From assembly GCA_018303785.1 (NCBI GenBank), contig JAGVXM010000001.1, forward strand, positions 1 to 61,605: a stretch of DNA of 61,605 nucleotides, given 5' to 3'. The first letter of the stretch is position 1, and each line of letters begins with the position of its first letter. The position numbers and the translations under genes are program-made. Source of the DNA: Candidatus Pacearchaeota archaeon (GTDB lineage Archaea > Nanobdellota > Nanobdellia > Pacearchaeales > GW2011-AR1). Of the stretch, positions 1 through 9,982 are shown piece by piece. The notes beneath the pieces are model-generated. The model did not search any database. It was not told the DNA's origin and worked only from the letters and a program-made list of their open reading frames with translations.

Positions 1-462
<462 letters not shown>

Positions 463-480
463 AATGATTATGAAATAAAC

Positions 481-503
481 AAAAACTTTTCCGTAAAGTT
501 TTT
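481..503 (-). other. Perfect 9-bp hairpin in the 16S 5' leader
   Basis: aaaaacttt-tccgt-aaagttttt lies about 20 nt upstream of the 16S 5' end. Any role in processing is speculative. Confidence 0.2.
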
Positions 504-774
504 GCTAAAAATCCTCCATACTGCTATAATTTCCACAATACAAAATTGTTAGAATTGACGAGATAACTATGACTACTCTACTACATCCTACCTAAACGAC
601 GTTAAGGTAATCATCCCAGTTAATCTAATTAACATTTTATAAAAAATTATCATCCTCAGGATATATAAACGTTTCTATTATTTTTTTAATTTTGTCGAAC
701 AGAAATAACATGAAAATCGTCGGAAAATTAATTTAGTTAGAGTTTATTATCAACAAGAAAAATTTATCGAAAAT

Positions 775-788
775 TTTATCGTCGATAA
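775..788. repeat. 14-nt palindromic motif TTTATCGTCGATAA (copy 1)
   Basis: The identical 14-mer recurs at 28386-28399. Half-site-like strings lie at 763-770 (tttatcga) and 716-723 (atcgtcgg). Confidence 0.5.
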
Positions 789-802
789 ATTAAATAATAA
801 TA

Positions 803-810
803 TTTATAAA
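803..810 (+). promoter_or_regulatory. TATA box (TTTATAAA) 28 nt upstream of ATG 831
   Basis: The same TATA-to-ATG spacing (28-30 nt) recurs at more than 12 genes in the window. This implies a leaderless transcript. Confidence 0.45.
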
Positions 811-830
811 GATAAACTATTAACAAATTT

Positions 831-1607
831 ATGACAGATTATCTTTTTACAGAACGACAGGAAACAAGATTAATGGAAATCGTCTCGTTATTAGCAAAAT
901 ACCCGGAGATAAGATCAATGACAGATTACGATAACAAATTTGATTTTACACTTGATGAAATTAAAAGAGAATTTGCTGGCAGTGTCGATGATTTATTAGA
1001 TATTTTCCCAAAAAGTCCTGAACCAAAAAAAATTAGGAATGAAAGATTAGAAATGTTAGTTGGCAGTATTTCGTCAATCTTACCGATTGCACATGTGTTA
1101 ATGATAGCTGAACAAAAAGGATATTCTTTTACCTTTCCTGATAGCCATAATTCCAAAGAGATAGAATTTTTAATTATGAAATCAAATGCTTATGAAAAAT
1201 TAGTAGATTATCCATTGAAACCTAATCCTCCTATGGATGAATTATTACCAAAAAATACAATACTATTAGGAAAAATGAGAAAAAAATTTAAAGAAAGGGG
1301 TTGGAAGCGAAAAGAATTGGAGTTAGGAAATCCTGAATTGAAATTAATTGCCAGATTAGATAATGCCAATAGATCACAATATTTAATGGGGAATAATTAC
1401 GGTATTTCAACAGTTGTTGTTGAAGATGTCATGAGTGTTTTACATATTTGTGGTGAGAGATCAGTTTACACTATCAGTAATATAGAATTATGGTTTCCAG
1501 AAAATGAAAATTATCTTAACAGAGATGATTACGAATCACTTTTAGAATATTTAATCTCTGGAAAATATAATAAAAAATTAACTGAAAGATTATTCACGGC
1601 AGATTAA
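831..1607 (+). CDS. Hypothetical protein (258 aa)
   Basis: Long ORF with a TATA box at -28. I recognise no motif. Confidence 0.6.
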   Translation: MTDYLFTERQETRLMEIVSLLAKYPEIRSMTDYDNKFDFTLDEIKREFAGSVDDLLDIFPKSPEPKKIRNERLEMLVGSISSILPIAHVLMIAEQKGYSFTFPDSHNSKEIEFLIMKSNAYEKLVDYPLKPNPPMDELLPKNTILLGKMRKKFKERGWKRKELELGNPELKLIARLDNANRSQYLMGNNYGISTVVVEDVMSVLHICGERSVYTISNIELWFPENENYLNRDDYESLLEYLISGKYNKKLTERLFTAD

Positions 1608-1684
1608 TTTTTATCCTCCAAAACATTTATAACTACAATTTTTAAATAAACCGTATTTGGTGATAAAAATTTATGAAGCAAATC

Positions 1685-1692
1685 TTTATAAA
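1685..1692 (+). promoter_or_regulatory. TATA box (TTTATAAA) 29 nt upstream of ATG 1714
   Basis: The context is CTTTATAAA and the spacing is leaderless. Confidence 0.45.
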
Positions 1693-1713
1693 CAAACTTC
1701 CCAATAAATTTTT

Positions 1714-2502
1714 ATGGTTGAAAAAGTATCAGAAAAAACGTCATTGAAAAGTTTAGCTGAACAATTGAAAGAAAGAATTTCTAAAGATGAAATTGAACTA
1801 AAAGAAAAAAAATCTAAAGAAAAAGTTAAGGATATCTCTGATGAAGATATAGAGGAAATCTCAAAAAAAATTTCTAAAAAAGAAGTTGAAGAAGAAAAGA
1901 AAAGTATTTCATCAAAAGATGAAACATTATTGCCTTTGGAAGATTACATAAAATGTGCTGTTCACTTGGGTACAAAAGTAATAACTCCGAGCATGAGAAA
2001 ATATGTATATAAAAGACGTGCAGACGGATTAGCTGTAATTAATACGATTAAAATAGATCAAAAATTAAGAGAGACTATAGATTTTTTGAAAAATTACAAA
2101 CCGGAAACAATTTATCTTGTGTGCAAACGAGAAGCTGGTTGGAATGCGGCTAAAAAATTCGAGGAAGCAACAGGAATAAAAGTTTTCACAAAAAAATATT
2201 CTCCAGGTATAACTACAAATTTATCATTAAGCAATTTTTTCGAATCTGAATTAACAATGATATGCGATCCATGGATTGATAAAAACGCATTAAATGACAC
2301 TATCAAATTAAAAAAACCGATCATTGCGTTGTGTGACACAAACAATTACACTTTCGGCATAACTAAAATAATTCCTTGTAACAACAAATCTGGGAAATCT
2401 ATAGGCTGCATTTTATTTATTTTAGCGAGAGAATATTGCAAGCAAATAGGGAAGCCATTCAAATATTCTCTTGAACATTTTACAGGTCCTTTGGAAGCAT
2501 AA
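1714..2502 (+). CDS. rps2: 30S ribosomal protein uS2 with a ~70-aa K/E-rich N-terminal extension
   Basis: The core LLPLEDYIKCAVHLGTKVITPSMRKYVYKRRADGLAVINT ... IALCDTN is typical of archaeal S2. The first ~70 aa are low-complexity KE-rich sequence. Confidence 0.85.
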   Translation: MVEKVSEKTSLKSLAEQLKERISKDEIELKEKKSKEKVKDISDEDIEEISKKISKKEVEEEKKSISSKDETLLPLEDYIKCAVHLGTKVITPSMRKYVYKRRADGLAVINTIKIDQKLRETIDFLKNYKPETIYLVCKREAGWNAAKKFEEATGIKVFTKKYSPGITTNLSLSNFFESELTMICDPWIDKNALNDTIKLKKPIIALCDTNNYTFGITKIIPCNNKSGKSIGCILFILAREYCKQIGKPFKYSLEHFTGPLEA

Positions 2503-2544
2503 CAATTCGTAGTAACGATGAAGTATATTTCTAACAGCACATCA

Positions 2545-2552
2545 TTTATATT
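2545..2552 (+). promoter_or_regulatory. TATA-like box (TTTATATT) 29 nt upstream of ATG 2574
   Basis: The spacing is identical to the other leaderless promoters in the window. Confidence 0.4.
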
Positions 2553-2573
2553 TTCCAAAGACTTTGATTTAAC

Positions 2574-3131
2574 ATGAAAAAAATATGTATTTTATTTTTA
2601 TTGGTATCTACATTATTGCTCGCTACAGTTTTTGCAAATAGTTATTATTATGAGCGATATGATACTGATCGTGAATCTAGAGATACTCAATGGGTTTCAA
2701 TAATGCCTAAACAATGCAATAATCCATGGGAGTCGTCTAATGGAAATGAGAATTCACAGTTAAGAAATTATTTAGAAAAAAAAGATATCCGAGCATATTC
2801 TATAGTTAAAATAAAAAAAGACATAATCACTTGTTCTGCATGTAATTGTCCTCGAGGAGACACAATTTATATTTTAATTGATGAAGACGATTTCAAAAAA
2901 ATAAACAAGCTTGGATTCATGAAATCTGCTTCACCGAATTACTCAATAGAAAAGGAAAGAAATAATTTTAATAGAAATTTTAATCATAAATTTAGATCAA
3001 GATTTGAAACTGAATTTTTTAAAAAATATTTTCCAACAAGAACTCCAATAAACAAAATGCATGAATTTACCATGTGTTATGAATTTTACGACGGCATTAA
3101 AATGCAAAATAGATGCATCAAATTACCTTAG
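2574..3131 (+). CDS. Secreted or membrane-anchored hypothetical protein (185 aa)
   Basis: It has an N-terminal hydrophobic signal-like segment (MKKICILFLLVSTLLLATVFA) and several Cys residues. Confidence 0.6.
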   Translation: MKKICILFLLVSTLLLATVFANSYYYERYDTDRESRDTQWVSIMPKQCNNPWESSNGNENSQLRNYLEKKDIRAYSIVKIKKDIITCSACNCPRGDTIYILIDEDDFKKINKLGFMKSASPNYSIEKERNNFNRNFNHKFRSRFETEFFKKYFPTRTPINKMHEFTMCYEFYDGIKMQNRCIKLP

Positions 3132-3370
3132 TTAATTATTTTTTTAAATCCTTTAATTACATGTAATCGATTTTGAATATTCTTAAAAATATCTTCCAAT
3201 TCATCAGTTTTAAATTCAATGATTCCTGAACTTTCAGCACCTCTAAAACAAATCAAAATTCGCTCTTCCGTTGGATCCATACCTTCTTTAATAATAACTT
3301 CTTTAACGTCGCCTTGAGATTCAACACGCAGAGGTTTGTTAGACTTAATTTTTTTTATTTTGGTAATCAT
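3128..3370 (-). CDS. Hypothetical small protein (80 aa)
   Basis: The ORF fills the gap between neighbouring genes. I recognise no motif. Confidence 0.4.
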   Translation of the reverse strand: MITKIKKIKSNKPLRVESQGDVKEVIIKEGMDPTEERILICFRGAESSGIIEFKTDELEDIFKNIQNRLHVIKGFKKIIN

Positions 3371-3423
3371 AATTATATCAGGTAATTAGCTTATATAAAA
3401 ATTTAGGATGTCAGAATTTTACA

Positions 3424-4815
3424 TCAAAAATTTTCGACACGCATTGACTTGTATCCAGATAACATTCCTAAAAATCTTTTTTCAATATTCTTAATGAATT
3501 CATCAAGTTTAAATTTTTTAACCTCTCTAACTTCTCGGACGCCTCGCTGAATAAATAATGCGACTAGTAACCTTAGTATAAAACTTGCGATAAATAAGAT
3601 AATAACTGCTTTAACTCCAAAAAAATGCGGATAATTCGACGATAAATAACCGCCCAATACTGCACCAAAAAAAGCGCCCAATGAATTTATTATATTAAAA
3701 TATGCAATGCAAAACATCATTTTTTGTTTTGTTACTGCATCATAAATAAACATAGAAGCCGATAGATTAAATCCCGCCCAAACCAAACCTGCAAATAATT
3801 CAATAAAAATTAGAAAGCTAAAAAAAGCTAAAAAAGGAAGCATATTCAAATAAATGGAAAAAAACCACAATAATGGAATTAATGATATAAACAGAGAAGT
3901 AATTTTTATAACTTTTATATTTCCAAATTTATCGGCAAAATTGCCCCATAGAGGCAAAAATAAAATTGCGGATAAAACAGATGATACACTAATTATAGTA
4001 AATTGAAAATATGTCAATTTAAGATCTTCTAAAATATAGACGGTAATAAAAGGCCCTGCTAAAAAAGTTGCGAAAGACATAGCCGAGACAAGAAAGACAA
4101 ATCTTCCAAAATTATTATATAACATTCCTTTTATGAATTGCCGAAAAGTAAAATATGAAGCATCATCGTAAGTAAATCGCGGCTCATACTGTTTTAGAAT
4201 CAATAAGCTCGAAATAAATCGACCTAAAAAAGCAATGAAAAATATTATGAAAAAACCAATTAAAACTTTTCCGTTAGTAAAAAATGTTAAAATGAAACCT
4301 GCAATAAGCATGCTAATAATAGTGACCATGTTAACAATCATATTTCGTATACCGAAATATTTTCCAGAATTTTTTACGATAAGATCTTTCATCCAGGAAT
4401 TCCATGCTGGACCAGCGGATGAGCCAAAAATAATTAAAAGCGAATAAATGGTTAATAACATCCACGGTAAATATTCTCTTATCGCGGGGTAAAAATAATA
4501 TAAAACTCCGACGAAAATTAGAGGAATCCACAACAATGCCTGCATAAGGATGGCGAAAAAAACTAGTGATTTTCTTGATTTTTTTTTGATTAGCTGCGTG
4601 GTATAGAGTTGAGTTAAATTTCCCAAAAATCCAGGAAGCGTGCTGATCAAACCAACAATAAGATTTGTTGCTCCCAATGCAAGTGCATACGGTGTAATAT
4701 AGCGTACACCAAAACCTTCCATAACTCCAAAAAAAGATCCCTCTCTAATGCTTGTTTTTTCCGATTCCTTTATTTTTTTATGTTCATTCAACTCTTTTTG
4801 TTCAACTGTTTTCAT
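3424..4815 (-). CDS. MFS-type transporter (463 aa)
   Basis: It has about 12 hydrophobic helices. LWGNFADKFGNIKV resembles the MFS loop 2-3 motif. Confidence 0.7.
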   Translation of the reverse strand: MKTVEQKELNEHKKIKESEKTSIREGSFFGVMEGFGVRYITPYALALGATNLIVGLISTLPGFLGNLTQLYTTQLIKKKSRKSLVFFAILMQALLWIPLIFVGVLYYFYPAIREYLPWMLLTIYSLLIIFGSSAGPAWNSWMKDLIVKNSGKYFGIRNMIVNMVTIISMLIAGFILTFFTNGKVLIGFFIIFFIAFLGRFISSLLILKQYEPRFTYDDASYFTFRQFIKGMLYNNFGRFVFLVSAMSFATFLAGPFITVYILEDLKLTYFQFTIISVSSVLSAILFLPLWGNFADKFGNIKVIKITSLFISLIPLLWFFSIYLNMLPFLAFFSFLIFIELFAGLVWAGFNLSASMFIYDAVTKQKMMFCIAYFNIINSLGAFFGAVLGGYLSSNYPHFFGVKAVIILFIASFILRLLVALFIQRGVREVREVKKFKLDEFIKNIEKRFLGMLSGYKSMRVENF

Positions 4816-4817
4816 TT

Positions 4818-4848
4818 TTCACTCTGACGCACGATGACAAAGAGTGAA
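4818..4848. promoter_or_regulatory. Inverted repeat TTCACTCT-N15-AGAGTGAA abutting the MFS start codon
   Basis: The 8-bp arms span 4818-4825 and 4841-4848. They lie between a minus-strand TATA (4853-4860) and ATG 4815, which is an operator-like position. Confidence 0.3.
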
Positions 4849-4986
4849 TTTTTATTTAAAAATCTAACTTTGCTAAATTTTGTCAATAGAAATGTGAAAA
4901 CATTTATAAAAGGTCAGATTGTTTTCCTAAAAACCTAAATATTTAAAAATGGTTTTAAATTTAATAAATTGCAAGGAGGTTATAAT

Positions 4987-5142
4987 ATGGGTAAGGAAAT
5001 AATTATTGACAACGACGAAGACAGTGATGAAGACAGTGATGACGACGAAGAAGATGAAGAAATTGAAAAAGTCTCGGAAGAATTAGAAGATGATTCTGAT
5101 GATGATGAAGACGAAGACGAGGAAGAAGAAGGGACGATTTAG
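4987..5142 (+). CDS. Hyper-acidic 51-aa protein (MGKEIIIDNDEDSDEDSDDDEEDEEIEKVSEELEDDSDDDEDEDEEEEGTI)
   Basis: It is below the ORF-track size cut-off. GGAGGT (4975-4980) sits 6 nt upstream of the ATG, a TATA-like ATTTAAAA lies at 4941-4948 and a T-run follows the stop. Confidence 0.5.
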   Translation: MGKEIIIDNDEDSDEDSDDDEEDEEIEKVSEELEDDSDDDEDEDEEEEGTI

Positions 5143-5204
5143 TCTTTTTTTGATTCCATCATAATTCTTATTTTTATTTTTTAAAATTTTAAAGAAATTA
5201 GGCT

Positions 5205-6137
5205 TTATTCAAATAACAAAGTTTCATTCAAATGATCATACGAGATCTTATTGACCCCACGGATAATATAATCACTTTGAAGGGCAAATCCTAAATTTTC
5301 TCCAACTATTTTAAAATTATTTATTCCAACAACTTTTCCGTCAGAATTAATCAATGGTCCGCCGGAATTTCCAGGATTAAGCGCAGCATCAGTTTGTATG
5401 TAAGCAGGCAGTTCATTTGCACCAAATCTATTTTTTCCAGAAACTATTCCTTCAGAAACAGAAAATGATAATCCTAAAGGATTACCAATCGCAATTACTT
5501 TGTCTCCTAAATTTACATTCGATATATCTTCAAATTCAAGATTTTCGTATTCTCCATCAATTTTCAATAATGCAAGATCTAAATTAGCGTCGTAACCAAC
5601 TAATCTCATAGATTTTTTCTCTCGATTTGATGTTAGTGCATTGGCATAAATTGCATCAACCAAAACATGTGCATTCGTTACAACATAACCGTCAGATGTA
5701 ATAATGAATCCAGTTCCTTGAGCAGAGTTAGTAGTTATTGTAACAACAGAATCAACTGTATCTTCAATAATTCCAGAAAAATCAGCGCTTGTTTGTGCTT
5801 TGATGGAGCTAATTTCATCATTAAGCCCTTTTTCCAAATCAAGAACAGCCCCACTCAATTCAGAAATTTTAGACCGAACATCAGCAGTATTCACATCTAT
5901 TTTTTTATTCAACGTTTTTTCATATGTATCCAAAGCTATTGACAATTCATTTAGTTTTGTCCATAAAACTACCGTAAATATTAGCTGTAAAAAAAATAAA
6001 AAAATTAAAAGCGCTAAAATATGAGTAAAATATTTTTGCGAGACATCTTTTTCGCGGTGAATAACAATTCGTCTAGCCATTGCTAATGAAGGAAAATTTA
6101 ATTTAAATAGTTTAGCAAAGGTGTATTTTATTCCCAT
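5205..6137 (-). CDS. Membrane-anchored trypsin-like serine protease (S1C/HtrA-like, no PDZ domain)
   Basis: The triad contexts are TNAHVL, DLALLKI and GNSGGPLIN. There is an N-terminal TM helix. Confidence 0.8.
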   Translation of the reverse strand: MGIKYTFAKLFKLNFPSLAMARRIVIHREKDVSQKYFTHILALLIFLFFLQLIFTVVLWTKLNELSIALDTYEKTLNKKIDVNTADVRSKISELSGAVLDLEKGLNDEISSIKAQTSADFSGIIEDTVDSVVTITTNSAQGTGFIITSDGYVVTNAHVLVDAIYANALTSNREKKSMRLVGYDANLDLALLKIDGEYENLEFEDISNVNLGDKVIAIGNPLGLSFSVSEGIVSGKNRFGANELPAYIQTDAALNPGNSGGPLINSDGKVVGINNFKIVGENLGFALQSDYIIRGVNKISYDHLNETLLFE

Positions 6138-6184
6138 AAACTTTATATAATATCTGGAGTTTTCATATATATCCAGAGGTTTTC

Positions 6185-9100
6185 ATGAATACTAAAAGAG
6201 GTCCATTAGGAGGTCTTATCGGAGATGCAGCAAAAAATTTTAATGCGATTAAAGATAATGTAAATGATCGAAGTGGACTAACACCGGAGTCCCTCGCGGA
6301 ATATAAACCAATTCAAGTTCCTTCATCGGATCAGATTAAACAAAAAACAATTTCTTTTCAATCTCAATCTCCTCAAAGAGTTCCAGAGTCGCATGAAAGT
6401 TTTGTCAAGTGGTTTTCAGAACTAAACCATAAAGATGTAAAAATTGCCGGAGGTAAGGGAGCAAGTTTAAGTGAAATGTATAATGCGAAATTTCCTGTTC
6501 CTCCAGGATTTATGATCACCGCACAATCATTTGATTATTTTCTAACTAAAACGAATGTAAAGGAAAAAATCAAGGATATAATAAAAAAAGTTGATTTAGA
6601 GAATACCGAGGAGTTAACCAATGTATCAAAAGAAATCAGATTAATTATTGACAATTTAACACTCCCAGAAAATCTACAACAGGAAATTTTAGAAGCATAC
6701 AGCATTCTAAGCACAGAAAAAGTTAATTCTCACGTCTCAAGTAATGCAATGCAAATTTTGAAAAATTCTCGAGAACCGGCGTTTGTTTCAGTCAGAAGTT
6801 CGGCAACAACAGAGGATTTAGTTGATGCAAGTTTTGCTGGACAACAAGAAACATTTCTAAACGTAAAAGGTGAACGAAATTTAATTGAAAACGTAAAAAG
6901 ATGTTTCTCTTCTTTGTACACGCCGCGTGCAATTTATTATCGAGCACGAAAAGGATTCACCGAAGATCAGGCTCTATTAGCGGTTGTCGTACAAAAGATG
7001 ATTGATAGTGAAAAATCCGGAGTTGTTTTTTCAAAAGATCCGATGAATGCAAGCGATAATATAATTTTAGAAGCAGTTTTCGGATTAGGTGAGGGAATTG
7101 TTTCCGGAATGATAAATCCAGATCACTATGCAGTATCAGCAGATCTAGAAATTAAGAGCGTAAAAGTTTCTGAAAAAAAAGTTGCGATTGTACGAGATTC
7201 ATCAGGGAGAAACGAAATTGTAAGACTGAATCAAGCAAAAGCAACAAGACAAGTTATGTCTCAGGCTGAAATTTTAGATGTAGCTCATTATGCACTAAGG
7301 TTAGAAAAACATTATGAGAAGCCGCAGGATATCGAGTTTGCAATTGAAGGGGGGAAAACTTATATTATTCAATCCCGACCAATTACGACGATTGGCAAGA
7401 AATTAGAAGCTAATAAATTATTAGCAGGAAATGTTTTATTAGAAGGTAGAAGTGCAAGTCCAGGAATTGGCGTTGGGCCAGTTAAAATAATTCATTCCAT
7501 GGCAGATCTTCCAAAAATAAAAAAAGGAGATGTTTTAGTTACTCAGATGACTAATCCGGATATGGTTGTTGCGATGCAAAAGTCATCGGCAATAGTTACT
7601 GATGAAGGAGGAATGACAAGTCATGCAGCAATTGTTTCGAGAGAAATGGGAATTCCATGTATTGTTGGAACTGATAAAGCAACAAAAATTCTAACCAATG
7701 GAATGATGATAACCGTTGATGGTTCTTCAGGAAAAGTCTATGAAGGAGAAGTTTCTGAATCCAAAGCAGTTGAAATTAAGCAGGCAGTTGAAACTGAAAG
7801 AATTAAATTAAAAGTTATTGTTGACCTTCCTGATTTTGCTGAAAGAGCAGCACTATCTGGCATTAAACATGTTGGTTTAACACGATTAGAAGGGATTATT
7901 GCAAGTATGAAAAAACATCCACTGCAATACGAACGCGAAAATAATTTAGATGAATATTCTAAAAATATTTACGACGGAATTAAAAAAATTGCCTTTTTTT
8001 TTGAATCTATGTGGATTCGTGCAAGCGACATTAGGACTGATGAATATAGCTCGCTAACAGGCTCCCCAGAAAAAGAAATTAACCCTATGTTAGGATTTCA
8101 TGGAATTAGATTTAGTTTAAAGCATCCAGGTATTTTAAAAGCGGAATTAGAAGCTATTAAAAAAGTAGCAATAGAAAATCCAAAAAAGAAATTTGGCATA
8201 ATGTTTCCTCAAGTAATAACTATAGAAGAAGTTAAAGAAGCGAAAAAATATTTTGATGAAGTTAAGACGGAAAATATGGAATTTGGCGTTATGATAGAAA
8301 CACCTGCAGCAGTACAAATAATCGAAAGCATAGCTGATGAAGTAAATTTTATCTCCTTCGGTACAAATGACCTAACTCAATTTACCTTAGCCGTAGATAG
8401 AAATAATGAAGATGTTCAATATTTGTATAATGAATTACATCCGGCTATTTTTTCACAAATTAACAAAGTTATTCATACTTGTAGAATAAAAAAAGTACTG
8501 ACAAGTATTTGCGGCCAGGGAGGAAGCAAAAAAGAAATGGTTGAATATCTGTTTAGGAAAGGAATTAACAGTATCTCAGTTAATGCCGACGCTGCATATG
8601 ATGTTTCCATGTTGATAAAAAATTTAGAAGACGAATGGAAGAGAAAAAAAGAAGAAGAAATTAAAATGAAGGAAGAAAATTTAAATCAAATAAAAAATAA
8701 TCAGCAAATTCAATGGAATAAAAAAGGAAATATAAATTTAAATCCGCAGAATAATAATAATAATAATAATTTTCAATTAAATAAACAAAATTTGGTAAAT
8801 AACGGTCAGAATTTGCAAAGCAATCAAAATATATCCAATTCTCCTCAAGGAATATTAAGTAACAAACAAATTTCTGCGGAAAAATTAGGGGCTGAAGTGC
8901 AGGAATTCGAAGAGAACATAGGCCCCGTTGAACCTTTTAATAATTTAGGAAGAATAGAAAAAGTTGCTGAACAAATTCATCAAAATGTCGAGATGCATAA
9001 TGAGGAAGATGTAGAAAAAATGCATGAATATGAGGCCAGCATTAAAGTAGATGATGAAATCATAAGTGAAAACTCCGTTGATGCAGATATTCCCGCAGTT

Positions 9101-9262
9101 CATGAAACAGAACATTCAAAACCTCATGCACATCAAACAAAAGAAAGTATAGATGACGAGATAGCTCGTGATAAAAAAATGTTAGATGAAATTGATCATA
9201 TATTAGAGAATACCAAAGATTTTGAAGAGATCGATACGTATGATCCGGATAACAGGAGTTAA
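6185..9262 (+). CDS. ppsA: Phosphoenolpyruvate synthase with N- and C-terminal extensions (1025 aa)
   Basis: Motifs seen are GGKGASLSEM, RSSATTEDLVDASFAGQQETFLNV, the swivel GGMTSHAAIVSREMGIPCIVG and the C-terminal TIM domain FISFGTNDLTQ. The last ~210 aa are N/Q-rich and acidic low complexity. Confidence 0.9.
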   Translation: MNTKRGPLGGLIGDAAKNFNAIKDNVNDRSGLTPESLAEYKPIQVPSSDQIKQKTISFQSQSPQRVPESHESFVKWFSELNHKDVKIAGGKGASLSEMYNAKFPVPPGFMITAQSFDYFLTKTNVKEKIKDIIKKVDLENTEELTNVSKEIRLIIDNLTLPENLQQEILEAYSILSTEKVNSHVSSNAMQILKNSREPAFVSVRSSATTEDLVDASFAGQQETFLNVKGERNLIENVKRCFSSLYTPRAIYYRARKGFTEDQALLAVVVQKMIDSEKSGVVFSKDPMNASDNIILEAVFGLGEGIVSGMINPDHYAVSADLEIKSVKVSEKKVAIVRDSSGRNEIVRLNQAKATRQVMSQAEILDVAHYALRLEKHYEKPQDIEFAIEGGKTYIIQSRPITTIGKKLEANKLLAGNVLLEGRSASPGIGVGPVKIIHSMADLPKIKKGDVLVTQMTNPDMVVAMQKSSAIVTDEGGMTSHAAIVSREMGIPCIVGTDKATKILTNGMMITVDGSSGKVYEGEVSESKAVEIKQAVETERIKLKVIVDLPDFAERAALSGIKHVGLTRLEGIIASMKKHPLQYERENNLDEYSKNIYDGIKKIAFFFESMWIRASDIRTDEYSSLTGSPEKEINPMLGFHGIRFSLKHPGILKAELEAIKKVAIENPKKKFGIMFPQVITIEEVKEAKKYFDEVKTENMEFGVMIETPAAVQIIESIADEVNFISFGTNDLTQFTLAVDRNNEDVQYLYNELHPAIFSQINKVIHTCRIKKVLTSICGQGGSKKEMVEYLFRKGINSISVNADAAYDVSMLIKNLEDEWKRKKEEEIKMKEENLNQIKNNQQIQWNKKGNINLNPQNNNNNNNFQLNKQNLVNNGQNLQSNQNISNSPQGILSNKQISAEKLGAEVQEFEENIGPVEPFNNLGRIEKVAEQIHQNVEMHNEEDVEKMHEYEASIKVDDEIISENSVDADIPAVHETEHSKPHAHQTKESIDDEIARDKKMLDEIDHILENTKDFEEIDTYDPDNRS

Positions 9263-9274
9263 TTTTTTAAAAAT

Positions 9275-9982
9275 TTAAAATATTCTATCTCCATTTTCAT
9301 TATCCGCACTTTCATACCACACTGCAAACGGATCTTCAATAACATAACGGCAATTTGATAAACGATTTTTTATTATTTTTTCTGAATGATTTCTTCCTAA
9401 AAATAAAATACCTCGCTCATTTTCTTTCAAAGTTTTCTCAATTGTTTTTCCAATCCATTTTTCTCTGATTGATCCAAAATCAAAAGTTTTTTCTCCATCT
9501 AAAAACTCTTGAATTAACTGAAAATTATCCGCATATGATTCAATTTCTCTCATAATTTCTACAGGATTTTTTCCGTGAACGTCATATTTCAAATATTCCG
9601 CCGCTTTTCCATAACCTCCGAGTCTATTATTATAAGCGACTAATAATTGATTAAATCCTGGATGTTCAGTTAGTTCAAAAGAACAGCCTTGTGAAGCTAA
9701 TGCCCTCACCGGCTTAAGACATGAATCATTTTCTTGAAGAATCCGTTCAGCATTTTTATAATATCCATCAAATCCCTCAAAATATATTCGAGAGAAAGGA
9801 TTTTGGTAATAATCTGCCAAGATATATTCAGTAACAGACCCGTAAACTTCTCGCAGCATTTTATTCTTCTCTTCAGCTATTACTCTTAGATTATGTGGTA
9901 AGTCTTGCGACATCAACGGAGAGCAATCATGCACCATTTTAAAATGCACTAATTCACGATTTGGTTTTTTCTGTTTATCCAT
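9275..9982 (-). CDS. Hypothetical protein (235 aa), last gene of a 3-gene operon
   Basis: Its start overlaps the upstream stop (ATGGATAA). I recognise no confident motif. Confidence 0.6.
   Translation of the reverse strand: MDKQKKPNRELVHFKMVHDCSPLMSQDLPHNLRVIAEEKNKMLREVYGSVTEYILADYYQNPFSRIYFEGFDGYYKNAERILQENDSCLKPVRALASQGCSFELTEHPGFNQLLVAYNNRLGGYGKAAEYLKYDVHGKNPVEIMREIESYADNFQLIQEFLDGEKTFDFGSIREKWIGKTIEKTLKENERGILFLGRNHSEKIIKNRLSNCRYVIEDPFAVWYESADNENGDRIF

Noticed and set aside
652-662. ATCCTCAGGAT near the 16S leader as a third member of the ATCCT-N-AGGA palindromes seen at the att-like sites (26066-26080, 26714-26728).
   Set aside because: Only a 5-bp arm is shared and the flanks differ. 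That is too short to separate from chance in this window, so it is noted only in case a genome-wide search shows enrichment.
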